Assembly: GCA_032159915.1 (NCBI GenBank) | Contig: JAVHWH010000062.1 | Span: 145-64,144, forward strand | Direction of reading: 5' to 3' | Source of the DNA: Mycobacterium sp. | GTDB lineage: Bacteria > Actinomycetota > Actinomycetes > Mycobacteriales > Mycobacteriaceae | Length of the DNA stretch: 64,000 bases | Shown: positions 10,602 through 20,753 of the stretch, piece by piece | Position numbering within the stretch: the stretch's first letter is position 1 | How the letters are laid out: each line of letters begins with the position of its first letter | Made by a program: the position numbers and the translations under genes | The notes under the pieces: model-generated | What the model was told of the DNA's origin: nothing | Database searches by the model: none | Seen by the model: the letters and a program-made list of their open reading frames with translations, nothing else

Positions 10602-11576
10602 TCAGAACAGCGACGACGCCGCCGACGCCGGAGCTTCACCCACGAGTATGTCGATCAGCGGCGTGAGGACGAAGTTCAGTCCCGTCGGGGTGAGCAGCCC
10701 GTAGTCCAGACCCGTAGCCAGGTAACCCAGGAAGTCGTCCGGAACCAGGTAGGCGCCGCCGCTGTCCGCGATGGTGCCCGCGATGCCGGTCGACACCTGC
10801 TCGTAGAACGCGCTGGGGTCCAGTGCGTTGATGAGGTTGGACAGCCCGTGCTCGAACGGCGCCGCTTCGAACGCGTCGACGTCATTGACAAACACCGCGT
10901 AGCCGGTCGGATCTGAAATCGCGGCATTGACGTCGAGCAGATGGTTGGCCGCGCCCTGGGCGCCGTCTGCGCCGAACAACACCGTGTACGCATCACCCGG
11001 TGCGTACGTGTCAATGACCGGCGTGTCGACTGACGCTACTGAAGCCGCGCCCTCCGAAGCCGCGCTCGCCGGCGGCTCACCCACCAGGATGTCGATCAGC
11101 GGCGTGAGGACGAAGTTCAGTCCCGTCGGGGTGAGCAGGCCGTAGTCCAGACCCGTGGCCAGGTAGCCCAGGAAGTCGTCCGGTGCCAAGTAGGCGCCAC
11201 CACTGTCCGCGATGGTGCCGACCACGCCGGCCGTGGTCTGCTCGTAGAACGCGCTGGGGTCCAGTGCGTTGATGAGATTGGACAGCCCGTGTTCGAACGG
11301 CGCCGCTTCGAACGCGTGGACGTCGTTGACAAAGACCGCATAGCTGGTCGGGTCTGAGGTGAACGCGTTGACGTCGAGCAGGTGGTTCGCGGCGCCCTGA
11401 GCGCCCGCGGAACCGAACAACTCGGTGTAGGCGTCATTGGGACCGTAGATGTCCACGACCGGTGCGGCGTTTGCGTTGCCCATGCCGAGCATCGCCGCCG
11501 CCGCTGCTGCACCGCCCAGGGCGGTGAAAGTGAACGCGGTGCGACGACCGCGTCCGATAGAATTCTTGTGACTCAT
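10602..11576 (-). CDS. putative secreted protein with two tandem ~135-aa repeats
   Basis: basic N-region, Ala-rich core, ANA-A cleavage site; repeats with a 441-bp period; GGGAGG RBS. Confidence 0.85.
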   Translation of the reverse strand: MSHKNSIGRGRRTAFTFTALGGAAAAAAMLGMGNANAAPVVDIYGPNDAYTELFGSAGAQGAANHLLDVNAFTSDPTSYAVFVNDVHAFEAAPFEHGLSNLINALDPSAFYEQTTAGVVGTIADSGGAYLAPDDFLGYLATGLDYGLLTPTGLNFVLTPLIDILVGEPPASAASEGAASVASVDTPVIDTYAPGDAYTVLFGADGAQGAANHLLDVNAAISDPTGYAVFVNDVDAFEAAPFEHGLSNLINALDPSAFYEQVSTGIAGTIADSGGAYLVPDDFLGYLATGLDYGLLTPTGLNFVLTPLIDILVGEAPASAASSLF

Positions 11577-12253
11577 GTGCGAGCCTCCCGTCTAGGTGTG
11601 TCTCTCCTTGTGGTTTGTGGGGTTGCCGCCCCACAGCCGTTGGCTCGCACATGAGTCCTAATCTCCCCCATGGCGGACGAGCCTCGACGGGTCGAAGCTT
11701 ATAACAGCTTGGCGGCCGTGTTAAGCAAATCTCTAATAAAAAACTCAGGTTAATTACGTGCAGTGTTAAGTCTCTTCTTAGCCGCAGTTCTACGGTGTTC
11801 GATCCGCTGAGATACGCAGTCAGTCGGGCGTGTCGCGGGCCGGACTCACGTCGCCGGCCGGGGTGTGCGAGACGAATTGCCTTGTCAGGGCGTTGCGCCT
11901 CAGCGAAATTCGGTTGGCGAGCTCCCGACGCGGGCGGTTTGCCTGCCATAGGTGCTCGTGCCGTCTTGTCACGATGGGACCGCTTGTCCAGTTTATCGGA
12001 CACCATCTCCGGTTTTTTATATGCTTTGTCTGAGAAGTCCCAACAATAGATTGACGGTCCGCTCGATAATGTCAATATTAAAACCAGGATCAGAGTAATT
12101 CGCCATTAATTTGGAATGGCTCACTGCAAATGGTCCGCAGTGCTGGTTCCGGCCGGACGCACGTTTCGTACCTTCGGGATCAACTCGCGGTGGCCAGCGG
12201 GGCGGCTGTAGAGCACCCGTCGTGGCGGATCGCGGCGGTAGATTGGTGCGGCG

Positions 12254-12838
12254 ATGACCCGTCCGAACGAACTGTCCCAATTGCGAGTCTCTGATGCCGA
12301 CCGCAACGGAACGCTGCGACGCCTGCACAACGCGGTCGCGCTGGGGCTGATCGACATCGGCGAGTTCGAGGAGCGTTCGACGCAGGTGTCCTACGCTCGG
12401 ATGCGTAGTGAGCTGGACAGTCTGGTGGGCGATCTACCGGGCCCAGGGGCGATCGTCACCTCTGCTGCCGACCGGGTCGAGTTGCGGGGCTGGGCCGGGT
12501 CGCTCAAGCGCCACGGCGAGTGGACCGTCCCCACCCGGCTGGCGCTGGTGCGCCGAATGGGATCGGTCGAGCTCGATCTGGTCAAAGCCAAATTCGCGGG
12601 GCCGGTGGTGGTCATCGAGCTGGACATGCGGTTCGGTTCGGTCGAGATCCGACTGCCCGACGGCGCCAGCGCTTCCATCGACGACGTCGAGGTCTACGGT
12701 GGCAGCGCCAGCGATCGGCGCAAGGTCGCGCCGGCGGAGGGAACACCGCACGTGGTGCTGACCGGCCGGGTGGTCTGCGGCTCGGTGAAGGTCAGAGGTC
12801 CACACCGGTCGCTGCTGCGCCGCCGCGGCCGTGCCTGA
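12254..12838 (+). CDS. DUF1707 (SHOCT-like) domain protein (Rv2862c-like)
   Basis: LRVSDADR...EFEERS...ELDSLVGDLP motif. Confidence 0.88.
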   Translation: MTRPNELSQLRVSDADRNGTLRRLHNAVALGLIDIGEFEERSTQVSYARMRSELDSLVGDLPGPGAIVTSAADRVELRGWAGSLKRHGEWTVPTRLALVRRMGSVELDLVKAKFAGPVVVIELDMRFGSVEIRLPDGASASIDDVEVYGGSASDRRKVAPAEGTPHVVLTGRVVCGSVKVRGPHRSLLRRRGRA

Positions 12839-12922
12839 CCTGGCAGCCTGGTTCGATTGCGCGGCTCCATCAGGCCGTTGCACGGCCTCCATCGTCGCCA
12901 CGCGAAAAGATACTCTGACACC

Positions 12923-13780
12923 ATGCCTGTTCGTTCCGCCCTGTCCGCCGGCGCAGTTTCCTCGACCCTTCCGGTGCCCAAGTCGATAGCACGCCCGGAA
13001 TACGTCGGGAAGCCGACGGCGCGTGAGGGCACCGAGCCGTGGGTGCAGACCCCCGAGGTGATCGAGAAGATGCGGGTTGCCGGGCGGATCGCCGCCAACG
13101 CGCTCGCCGAGGCGGGTAAGGCGGTCGCGCCCGGCGTGACGACCGACGAGCTGGATCGCATCGCCCACGAATACATGGTCGACCACGGCGCGTACCCATC
13201 GACGCTGGGCTACAAGGGATACCCGAAGTCGTGTTGCACGTCGCTGAATGAAGTTATCTGTCACGGCATCCCCGACTCGACCGTGATCGAAGACGGCGAC
13301 ATCGTCAACATCGACGTCACGGCCTACATCGACGGTGTTCACGGCGACACCAACGCCACGTTCCTAGCCGGTGATGTTTCCGAGGAGCACCGCCTGTTGG
13401 TCGAGCGGACGCACGAGGCCACCATGCGGGCAATCAAAGCCGTCAAACCGGGCCGTGCGCTCTCTGTTGTCGGCCGGGTCATCGAATCGTACGCAAACCG
13501 CTTCGGCTACAACGTGGTTCGCGACTTCACCGGCCACGGCATCGGCACCACCTTCCACAACGGGTTGGTGGTGCTGCACTACGACCAGCCGGCCGTCGCC
13601 ACCATCCTGGAGCCGGGGATGACTTTCACCATCGAGCCGATGATCAACCTCGGCTCGTTGGACTACGAGATATGGGACGACGATTGGACCGTCGTCACCA
13701 AAGATCGCAAGTGGACCGCGCAATTCGAGCACACCCTGCTGGTCACCGATTCCGGCGCGGAAATTCTCACCCTTCCGTGA
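12923..13780 (+). CDS. map: type I methionine aminopeptidase
   Basis: [32 protein letters not shown]. Confidence 0.97.
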   Translation: MPVRSALSAGAVSSTLPVPKSIARPEYVGKPTAREGTEPWVQTPEVIEKMRVAGRIAANALAEAGKAVAPGVTTDELDRIAHEYMVDHGAYPSTLGYKGYPKSCCTSLNEVICHGIPDSTVIEDGDIVNIDVTAYIDGVHGDTNATFLAGDVSEEHRLLVERTHEATMRAIKAVKPGRALSVVGRVIESYANRFGYNVVRDFTGHGIGTTFHNGLVVLHYDQPAVATILEPGMTFTIEPMINLGSLDYEIWDDDWTVVTKDRKWTAQFEHTLLVTDSGAEILTLP

Positions 13781-13790
13781 CAACCCGGCC

Positions 13791-15290
13791 GTGAGCGGCG
13801 CCCTGCTGGTCGCCGGCACCACATCCGACGCGGGCAAATCGATGGTGGTCGCCGGGCTGTGCCGGCTGCTGGCGCGCAGAGGTGTTCGGGTCGCGCCGTT
13901 CAAGGCGCAGAACATGTCGAACAACTCCGCCGTCACCGTCGAAGGCGGGGAGATCGGCCGGGCCCAGGCGATGCAGGCCCGCGCGGCCGGGCTGGCTCCC
14001 AGCGTGCGATTCAACCCGATTCTGCTCAAACCCGGCAGCGACATGACCTCCCAACTCGTGATCAAGGGTCACGTGGCGGGCACGGCCACCGCTGCGCAGT
14101 ACTGGTCGGATCGCAACAAGCTGGCGACCGTCGTCCAAGACGAACTGGCGAAACTGCGAACTGAATTCGATGCCGTCATCTGCGAGGGCGCCGGATCGCC
14201 AGCTGAAATCAACCTGCGCGCAACTGACCTCGTCAACATGGGCTTGGCGCGCGCTGCCAACCTTCCGGTCGTGATCGTCGGCGACATCGACCGCGGCGGG
14301 CTGCTCGCGCACCTGTTCGGGACCGTGGCGGTGCTCGACGCGCAAGACCAAGCACTGATCGCCGGATTCATCGTGAACAAATTCCGCGGTGACGTCTCAC
14401 TGCTGGAGCCCGGTCTGCGTCAACTCGCCGAACTCAGCGGCCGTCCGACCTACGGCGTCCTGCCGTACACCGATGATTTGTGGCTGGACACCGAGGACGC
14501 CCTCCCGGTGTTGGCGCACCGCGTCCTGGGCACGCCGCGGGCGCCTCGCGGCTCGCAGTGGCTCCGGGTGGCCGTGCTGCGGTTGCCGCGGATCTCCAAC
14601 TCGACCGACGTCGAAGCGCTGGCCTGTGAACCCGGCGTGCTGGTCCGCTGGGTCCGGGAACCGGCCGACCTGGCCGACACCGACGTGATTGTGTTGCCGG
14701 GCAGCAAATCCACCGTCGCTGACTTGGAATGGTTGCGGCAACGAGGGCTGGAGCAGCCCATCCGATCGCATGCCGCCTCGGGCCGCGCCGTGCTGGGCAT
14801 CTGCGGCGGCTTTCAGATGCTGTGCCGATCGATCGACGACCCGGTGGAAAGTCGATCGGGCCGGGCCGAGGCGATCGGAATGTTGGACGCCGACATCGCG
14901 TTCGCGGCTGAGAAGGTGCTGCGTCGCCGGCAGGGCGCACTGCATGGCTACGAGATTCACCATGGGCGAGTGGTCCGCTGCGCGGAGGCTTCGTGGTTCG
15001 AGGTCAACGGAGTTTCGGAGGGATACCGCCGCGCCCAGGTGTACGGAACTCACTGGCACGGTCTGTTCGACAACGACGACTTCCGCCGGCAGTGGCTGAC
15101 CACCGCTGCGGCGGCAGCGGGCCGCGACGGGTTCGTCGTTGCGGACGACACCGATGTGGCTGCGCGGCGCGACGGGCAGCTCGATCTGATGGCCGATCTG
15201 TTGAATGCCCACCTCGACGTCGGTGCGGTCTCCGGACTGCTGGACGACGGTCCGCCGCGGCGTTCGACGATCGTCGCCGCGCTTCGCTGA
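13791..15290 (+). CDS. cobQ: cobyric acid synthase
   Basis: [31 protein letters not shown]. Confidence 0.95.
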   Translation: MSGALLVAGTTSDAGKSMVVAGLCRLLARRGVRVAPFKAQNMSNNSAVTVEGGEIGRAQAMQARAAGLAPSVRFNPILLKPGSDMTSQLVIKGHVAGTATAAQYWSDRNKLATVVQDELAKLRTEFDAVICEGAGSPAEINLRATDLVNMGLARAANLPVVIVGDIDRGGLLAHLFGTVAVLDAQDQALIAGFIVNKFRGDVSLLEPGLRQLAELSGRPTYGVLPYTDDLWLDTEDALPVLAHRVLGTPRAPRGSQWLRVAVLRLPRISNSTDVEALACEPGVLVRWVREPADLADTDVIVLPGSKSTVADLEWLRQRGLEQPIRSHAASGRAVLGICGGFQMLCRSIDDPVESRSGRAEAIGMLDADIAFAAEKVLRRRQGALHGYEIHHGRVVRCAEASWFEVNGVSEGYRRAQVYGTHWHGLFDNDDFRRQWLTTAAAAAGRDGFVVADDTDVAARRDGQLDLMADLLNAHLDVGAVSGLLDDGPPRRSTIVAALR

Positions 15291-15457
15291 CCGCGGCCAA
15301 TGGCTGCTCCAATCAAGGGTTTTCATCGACACCGTTAATGGTTGTCCCAACCATCGTCGTGACCGGCGCGCATGTTGCGCAGACGTTTCCAACTGCCACA
15401 GCCATAACGATCCGACCGGAAACGACCCGCGCGCGGGGTAATTCGCTGTAATTTGCT

Positions 15458-16027
15458 GTGGTGCCTTCGGCGATGATGACTACCGTCGACGGGTTTCCCA
15501 TCCAGGTCTGCGACACCGGTCCGGAGAAGGGCTCCGTCGTGGTGCTGTTGTGCGCGGCCCAGCGGGCACTGCCGACGTACGACCCGTTATGCGATCGTCT
15601 GCAAACCGCATCGCTGCGTACCATCGCCGTCGCACCGGACCCGCGCCTGACTCCGAAGTCGGTGATGGGCATCCTCGACGTGCTCGACGTCAGATGGGCG
15701 GTGCTGGTCGGCGACCGCGACGGCGCCGAACTGGCCTGGGAACTCGCGGCGACCCGGCTCGACCGTTTCACGGCCCTGGTGGCGATCGACCGCGGCCATC
15801 CGCGAGTCGCCGACCACGCGGGCGTCGTGCGCGACACCGAGTGTCCACCGGTCGAAATCAACACCACCGCGCTCGTCAGCAGCCCGGCTGCCCGCTCGGT
15901 GGCGCAGGCCAGCCAGCGGTTCGTCTACGGCGACTACCGGGTTGTCGAGTTGCTTAGTCGACGCAACGCGCACGAGTCGACGGCGCAATTGGCCGCCGAG
16001 ATCGTCCTGCGCACCAGCACCTGGTGA
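15458..16027 (+). CDS. short alpha/beta-hydrolase-fold protein with atypical nucleophile elbow
   Basis: LVGDRDGAELAW where GHDWG/GxSxG is expected; GTGA overlap with glnA4. Confidence 0.7.
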   Translation: MVPSAMMTTVDGFPIQVCDTGPEKGSVVVLLCAAQRALPTYDPLCDRLQTASLRTIAVAPDPRLTPKSVMGILDVLDVRWAVLVGDRDGAELAWELAATRLDRFTALVAIDRGHPRVADHAGVVRDTECPPVEINTTALVSSPAARSVAQASQRFVYGDYRVVELLSRRNAHESTAQLAAEIVLRTSTW

Positions 16028-17397
16028 CTGCTGCCGCTCTGTCACGTGACGAGTTGCGCCGTCTCGTCGACGGCGGTGAAATCGACACGGTGATCGTCGC
16101 GTTCGGCGACATGCAGGGCCGGCTGATGGGCAAGCGGATCTCGGCGCCGTTTTTCCTCGACGAGGCCGTCGACTCGGGTGCCGAGTGCTGCAACTACCTG
16201 TTCGCCGTCGACGTCGACATGAATACCGTCGAGGGTTACGCGATGTCGGGCTGGGCCACCGGTTACGGCGACATGGTCATGAAGCCCGACCTGACGACGC
16301 TGCGACGGATTCCGTGGCTGCCGGGCACGGCTCTGGTGTTGGCCGATGTGGTCTGGCATGACGGCGGCGCCATCGAGCCCGCGCCGCGGCGCATCTTGCG
16401 ACGCCAGCTGGACCGGCTGCGTGAACGAGGACTGCAGGCCTATGCGGCCACCGAGCTGGAGTTCATCGTCTTCGACGAGACGTATCGTCAGGCCTGGGCA
16501 AACGGCTTTCGCGACCTGACCCCGGCCAGTGACTACAACATGGACTACGCCGTGATGGCCTCCAGTCGTATCGAGCCGCTGCTGCGCGACATCCGACAGC
16601 ACATGCAGGGTGCAGGCCTGCGCTGGGAGGCCGTCAAGGGGGAGTGCAACCGAGGACAGCAGGAGCTCGGGTTCACCTACGACGAGGCGATGATCACCTG
16701 CGACAACCACGCCGTCTACAAGAACGGTGCGAAGGAAATCGCCGACCAGCATGGCAAGTCACTGACTTTCATGTCGAAATACGATAAGCGCGAAGGCAAT
16801 AGCTGCCACATTCACCTCTCGCTGCGGTCGCTGGAAGGTGCTCCGGTGTTCCCCGCCGACGATCAACCACTCGGCATGTCGCCGGTGTTTCGCAGCTTCC
16901 TCGCCGGCCTGTTGGCCACACTTTCGGAATTGACGCTGTTCTACGCGCCAAACATCAATTCCTACAAGCGGTTTGCCGATCGCAGCTTCGCTCCCACCGT
17001 GGTGGCGTGGGGCGTGGACAACCGGACGTGCGCGCTGCGGGTGGTGGGGCACGGCGACAGCATGCGGGTGGAATGCCGGGTCCCCGGCGGAGACGTCAAT
17101 CAGTATCTGGCCGTCGCGGCACTGATCGCCGGCGGGCTGCACGGTGTCGAGAACGAATTGCCGTTACCCGAGCCATGCACCGGTAATGCGTACCGGCGCG
17201 CCGAGGACGACGCCACCGAGCGGTTGCCCGGTACGCTGGCCGAAGCTGCGACGCTGTTCGCTGCGTCAGCGGTCGCCCGGCAGGCATTCGGTGACGACGT
17301 GGTCGATCACTACGTGAACAACGCCCGCGTCGAGGTGGCCGCTTTCAACGGAGCAGTCACCGATTGGGAGCGGGTGCGTGGGTTCGAGCGGTTTTGA
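16024..17397 (+). CDS. glnA4: glutamine synthetase-like gamma-glutamylamine ligase
   Basis: DMQGRLMGK, ELEF, GNSCHIH, WGVDNRTCALR, ECRVPGGD. Confidence 0.92.
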   Translation: MTAAALSRDELRRLVDGGEIDTVIVAFGDMQGRLMGKRISAPFFLDEAVDSGAECCNYLFAVDVDMNTVEGYAMSGWATGYGDMVMKPDLTTLRRIPWLPGTALVLADVVWHDGGAIEPAPRRILRRQLDRLRERGLQAYAATELEFIVFDETYRQAWANGFRDLTPASDYNMDYAVMASSRIEPLLRDIRQHMQGAGLRWEAVKGECNRGQQELGFTYDEAMITCDNHAVYKNGAKEIADQHGKSLTFMSKYDKREGNSCHIHLSLRSLEGAPVFPADDQPLGMSPVFRSFLAGLLATLSELTLFYAPNINSYKRFADRSFAPTVVAWGVDNRTCALRVVGHGDSMRVECRVPGGDVNQYLAVAALIAGGLHGVENELPLPEPCTGNAYRRAEDDATERLPGTLAEAATLFAASAVARQAFGDDVVDHYVNNARVEVAAFNGAVTDWERVRGFERF

Positions 17398-17430
17398 TCG
17401 GGTGACCCGCTTGCGGGCAAAGAGCCGGGC

Positions 17431-18183
17431 ATGTTGAGCGCCAAGGCGCCGGTGATCGGCCTGACCACGTATCTCGATCAGGCACAGACCGGAGTATGGA
17501 ACGTGCCCGCCAGTTTCCTTCCGGCCGTCTACTTTCAAGGCGTAACCGCGGCCGGAGGAGTGGCCGTGCTGTTGCCCCCGCAGCCGGTCGATCCCGACAC
17601 CGCCGGCCGGGTTCTCGACGGCTTGGACGGACTGCTGCTCACCGGCGGCAAGGACGTCGATCCGTTCCTCTATGGCCAGCAGCCGCATCCGCATACGGAT
17701 CAGCCGGCGCGCCAGCGTGATACGTGGGAAATCGCGCTACTGCGGGCGGCGCTCGAGCGGCAACTTCCGGTGCTCGGTATCTGCCGGGGCGCGCAGGTGC
17801 TCAACGTCGCGCTCGGCGGCACCCTGCATCAACACCTGCCTGACGTCATCGGCCACGGCGGACATCGCGCCGGCAACGCGGTATTCACCACGCTGTCGGT
17901 ACGGACAGTGCCGGGCACTCGGCTGGCCGGCCTGGTCGGTGAATCCGTCGACGCGCGTTGCTACCACCATCAGGCCATCGCCGAGCTCGGCGACGGTCTG
18001 GTTGTCAGCGGCTGGGATCCCGACGGCGTGATCGAGGCGTTGGAGCTGCCGGGCAACGGCTTCGTGCTCGCCGTGCAGTGGCATCCGGAGGAGAGTTTGG
18101 ACGACCTGCGCCTGTTCTCCGCGATCGTCGAGGCAGCGCGGGCGTACGCAGGCGAAAAAAGGAGTGGCACCTATGGCACTTGA
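17431..18183 (+). CDS. gamma-glutamyl-GABA hydrolase family (peptidase C26, PuuD-like)
   Basis: GICRGAQ, HHQA, VQWHPE. Confidence 0.92.
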   Translation: MLSAKAPVIGLTTYLDQAQTGVWNVPASFLPAVYFQGVTAAGGVAVLLPPQPVDPDTAGRVLDGLDGLLLTGGKDVDPFLYGQQPHPHTDQPARQRDTWEIALLRAALERQLPVLGICRGAQVLNVALGGTLHQHLPDVIGHGGHRAGNAVFTTLSVRTVPGTRLAGLVGESVDARCYHHQAIAELGDGLVVSGWDPDGVIEALELPGNGFVLAVQWHPEESLDDLRLFSAIVEAARAYAGEKRSGTYGT

Positions 18184-18952
18184 TCTGACGCAGCGACTGG
18201 CCGGAAGAATCGCCGTAGTCACCGGTGGCGGCGGCGGTATCGGCCTGGCCTCGGCTCGGCGGCTGCATGCCGAGGGAGCCACCGTGGTCATCGGCGACAT
18301 CGATGAGCGGACCGGTGCCGCGGCGGCGCAAGAGGTGCTTGGTTTGTATGTGCCAGTGGATGTTTCGGATGAGGCCTCGGTGAACTCGTTGTTCGACACC
18401 GTTGCGGGCAGCTACGGGTCAGTGGACATCGCGGTCAACAACGCCGGAATCTCACCACCGGATGACGACCTGATCGAAAACACCGAGCTGCCGGCGTGGC
18501 AGCGGGTTCAAGACGTCAACCTGAAGTCGGTGTATCTGTGCTGCCGGGCGGCGCTGCGGCACATGGCGCCGGCGGGCCGCGGGTCGATCGTCAACATCGC
18601 CTCGTTCGTGGCGGTGATGGGTTCGGCGACGTCGCAGATTTCCTATACTGCGTCCAAGGGCGGGGTGTTGGCCATGTCGCGGGAGCTCGGCGTGCAGTTC
18701 GCCCGCCAGGGCATCCGGGTCAACGCACTGTGCCCCGGCCCGGTGAATACCCCTTTGCTGCAAGAGCTTTTCGCCAGCGACCCTGAACGCGCGGCCCGCC
18801 GGATGGTGCATGTGCCGATGGGTCGATTCGGTGAAGCCGACGAAATCGCCGCCGTCGTCGCATTTCTGGCCAGCGATGACGCGTCGTTCATCACCGCGGC
18901 CAGCTACCTCGTCGACGGCGGCATCAGCGCCGCCTACACCACCCCGCTGTAG
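18173..18952 (+). CDS. short-chain dehydrogenase/reductase (Rv2857c-like)
   Basis: TGGGGGIG, NNAG, YTASK. Confidence 0.93.
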   Translation: MALDLTQRLAGRIAVVTGGGGGIGLASARRLHAEGATVVIGDIDERTGAAAAQEVLGLYVPVDVSDEASVNSLFDTVAGSYGSVDIAVNNAGISPPDDDLIENTELPAWQRVQDVNLKSVYLCCRAALRHMAPAGRGSIVNIASFVAVMGSATSQISYTASKGGVLAMSRELGVQFARQGIRVNALCPGPVNTPLLQELFASDPERAARRMVHVPMGRFGEADEIAAVVAFLASDDASFITAASYLVDGGISAAYTTPL

Positions 18953-18961
18953 AGCTCACGG

Positions 18962-20179
18962 TCATCCGGCCGCCGGTGGGTGTGCCATCACCGTCGGGCG
19001 AAACCCGTAGTGTGGCGTGGAGCCGTCGGCATGGTTTCCGGCCGCGGTGGCGAACGGCATGGCGGGCACGCCGGTCGCGACTGCAGGCGGAGCAGCGAGC
19101 GGCGTCGCTCCCAACGCTGCGGACAGCGGGCTCACCGCAGGGGTGATCGCAGTCCAGCTGGGCGGCACCGCCAACGCGCCGATAGCCGCACCACGACCTA
19201 CGGCGGCCGCAGCCTCGCCGCCCACCCCGCCGATGGCCGCGGCCGGTGCCGTCACCGCACTACCGATCCCGCCCGCCGCCGCCGCTGCTGCTCCCGCGGC
19301 CGCATCTCCGGCGACCTCCGAAGCGGCACCGGCACTTCCGAGCCCGACGAAATCCGACATGGTGCCGAGAAAATTCCCTGGCATGTAGAAGCCGGAGGAG
19401 AAGAGGGTGTTCAAGGCGTTGTCGTTCAACAGGGCGCCTAGTGGTGACCCATCGGTCCCGGACAAGAAGCTCAAGATTCCCGCCGGGGTGCTCAGATTGG
19501 TTCCGCCCAGGCCCAGCCAGTCCATGATGCCGTTGAGACCCGAAGTCGACGATGTCGATGAGACCGGGGAGGCCAGCTCCTGTAGTGCAGCGGGGACCGA
19601 AGTCATCAGCTGCGACAGCGTCGTCTGCGTCCCCGTGCCCAAGGCTCCTGTCGTCGTGGTGGTGGCGGGTGGTTCGACGAACGGCGCCAATGTCGATGCG
19701 GCCAACGAGGATCCGGCGTAGCCGTACATCGCCGCAGCGTCTTGTGCCCACATCTCGGCGTAGTGGGCTTCGGTGGCCGCGATCGCGGGGGTGTTCTGGC
19801 CGAGGATATTGGTGTAGACCAGCGACGCCAACAACGTCCGGTTGGCAACGATGACCGGTGGGGGCACCGTCGCTGTGAACGCAGTTTCGTAGGCACTGGC
19901 CGCGGCTTTGGCTTGGTTGGCGGCCTGTTCGGCCTGCGCGGCAGTAGCATTCATCCACGACAGGTATGGCGCGGCAGCGGCGACCATGGACGCCGACGCC
20001 GGGCCTCGCCACGGACCGCTGGTGAGACCGGAGATCACCGACCCGTAATCATTTGCCGCCGAGTACACCTCGGTGGCCAGGCTGTCCCAGGATGCGGCCG
20101 CTGCGATTATCGGACCGGAGCCCGGACCGGCGTACATCAACCCGGAGTTGACTTCTGGCGGTAGTGTTGCGAAATCCAT
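18962..20179 (-). CDS. PPE family protein, SVP-type
   Basis: [13 protein letters not shown] start, WxG (WRG), [30 protein letters not shown] end. Confidence 0.95.
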   Translation of the reverse strand: MDFATLPPEVNSGLMYAGPGSGPIIAAAASWDSLATEVYSAANDYGSVISGLTSGPWRGPASASMVAAAAPYLSWMNATAAQAEQAANQAKAAASAYETAFTATVPPPVIVANRTLLASLVYTNILGQNTPAIAATEAHYAEMWAQDAAAMYGYAGSSLAASTLAPFVEPPATTTTTGALGTGTQTTLSQLMTSVPAALQELASPVSSTSSTSGLNGIMDWLGLGGTNLSTPAGILSFLSGTDGSPLGALLNDNALNTLFSSGFYMPGNFLGTMSDFVGLGSAGAASEVAGDAAAGAAAAAAGGIGSAVTAPAAAIGGVGGEAAAAVGRGAAIGALAVPPSWTAITPAVSPLSAALGATPLAAPPAVATGVPAMPFATAAGNHADGSTPHYGFRPTVMAHPPAAG

Positions 20180-20190
20180 TGCAGTTCCTC

Positions 20191-20490
20191 TTATCCGGTC
20201 ACAGCTGCGTTGGCGGCCTCGGTGGTGGTGTACGCCTCGGCGCCGGCGGTCAACATCGCCACGAACATTTCTTGAACCGCCGCAGACTGCGCGCTGACCG
20301 CCTGGTAAGCGTGCGCATGTGCGGCGAATTGCATTGCGGTCAAAGTGGATACTGCGTCGGAGGCGGGCGGAATCAGACCTGTGGTCGGCACCACCGCTGC
20401 GGTGTTCTGCGTTTGAAGTCGCAAACCGACAGATTGCAGGTTGTCCGCTGCAGCGGACATCATCTCCGGTATGATGGATACGAACGACAT
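20191..20490 (-). CDS. PE family protein (99 aa)
   Basis: MSFVSIIPE start, PPASDAVS, YxxxE secretion motif (YTTTE); AAGGAG RBS. Confidence 0.95.
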   Translation of the reverse strand: MSFVSIIPEMMSAAADNLQSVGLRLQTQNTAAVVPTTGLIPPASDAVSTLTAMQFAAHAHAYQAVSAQSAAVQEMFVAMLTAGAEAYTTTEAANAAVTG

Positions 20491-20527
20491 TCGGGGTTCT
20501 CCTTTTGATTTGGGCGCACGACGACAA

Positions 20528-20552
20528 CGCAAGTCCGATACGCGGACTTGCG
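20528..20552. promoter_or_regulatory. perfect 10-bp inverted repeat upstream of PE
   Basis: CGCAAGTCCG-ATACG-CGGACTTGCG, ending 38 bp before the PE start. Confidence 0.5.
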
Positions 20553-20753
20553 CGAAAAATGTTGTGGTGCAGGCTGCTTAAGACAGCAAGCACCGCAACG
20601 CCGACCGGATGAAAATCTGCGGTCATCGTTTTATGTCGGCGGCGAAAGCCACCGGCTCAGCTCAAAGCTGTAATGATCCTGGGTTTCGCACCCGGGTCGG
20701 GCGCGGTGGTGATCGCGACCTGGGGTGAACCCAGGCCGACTCGTCGACGCGTC

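Noticed and set aside
20180-20626. N-terminal extension of the PPE ORF (554-aa call) overlapping PE
   Set aside because: The canonical PPE start MDFATLPPE with an AGAGGA RBS is at 20179; the extension is an off-frame read of PE.
20491-20753. Cobalamin riboswitch upstream of PE/PPE, by analogy with M. tuberculosis PPE2
   Set aside because: I could not find the B12-box consensus by eye; kept only as an unassigned structured spacer.
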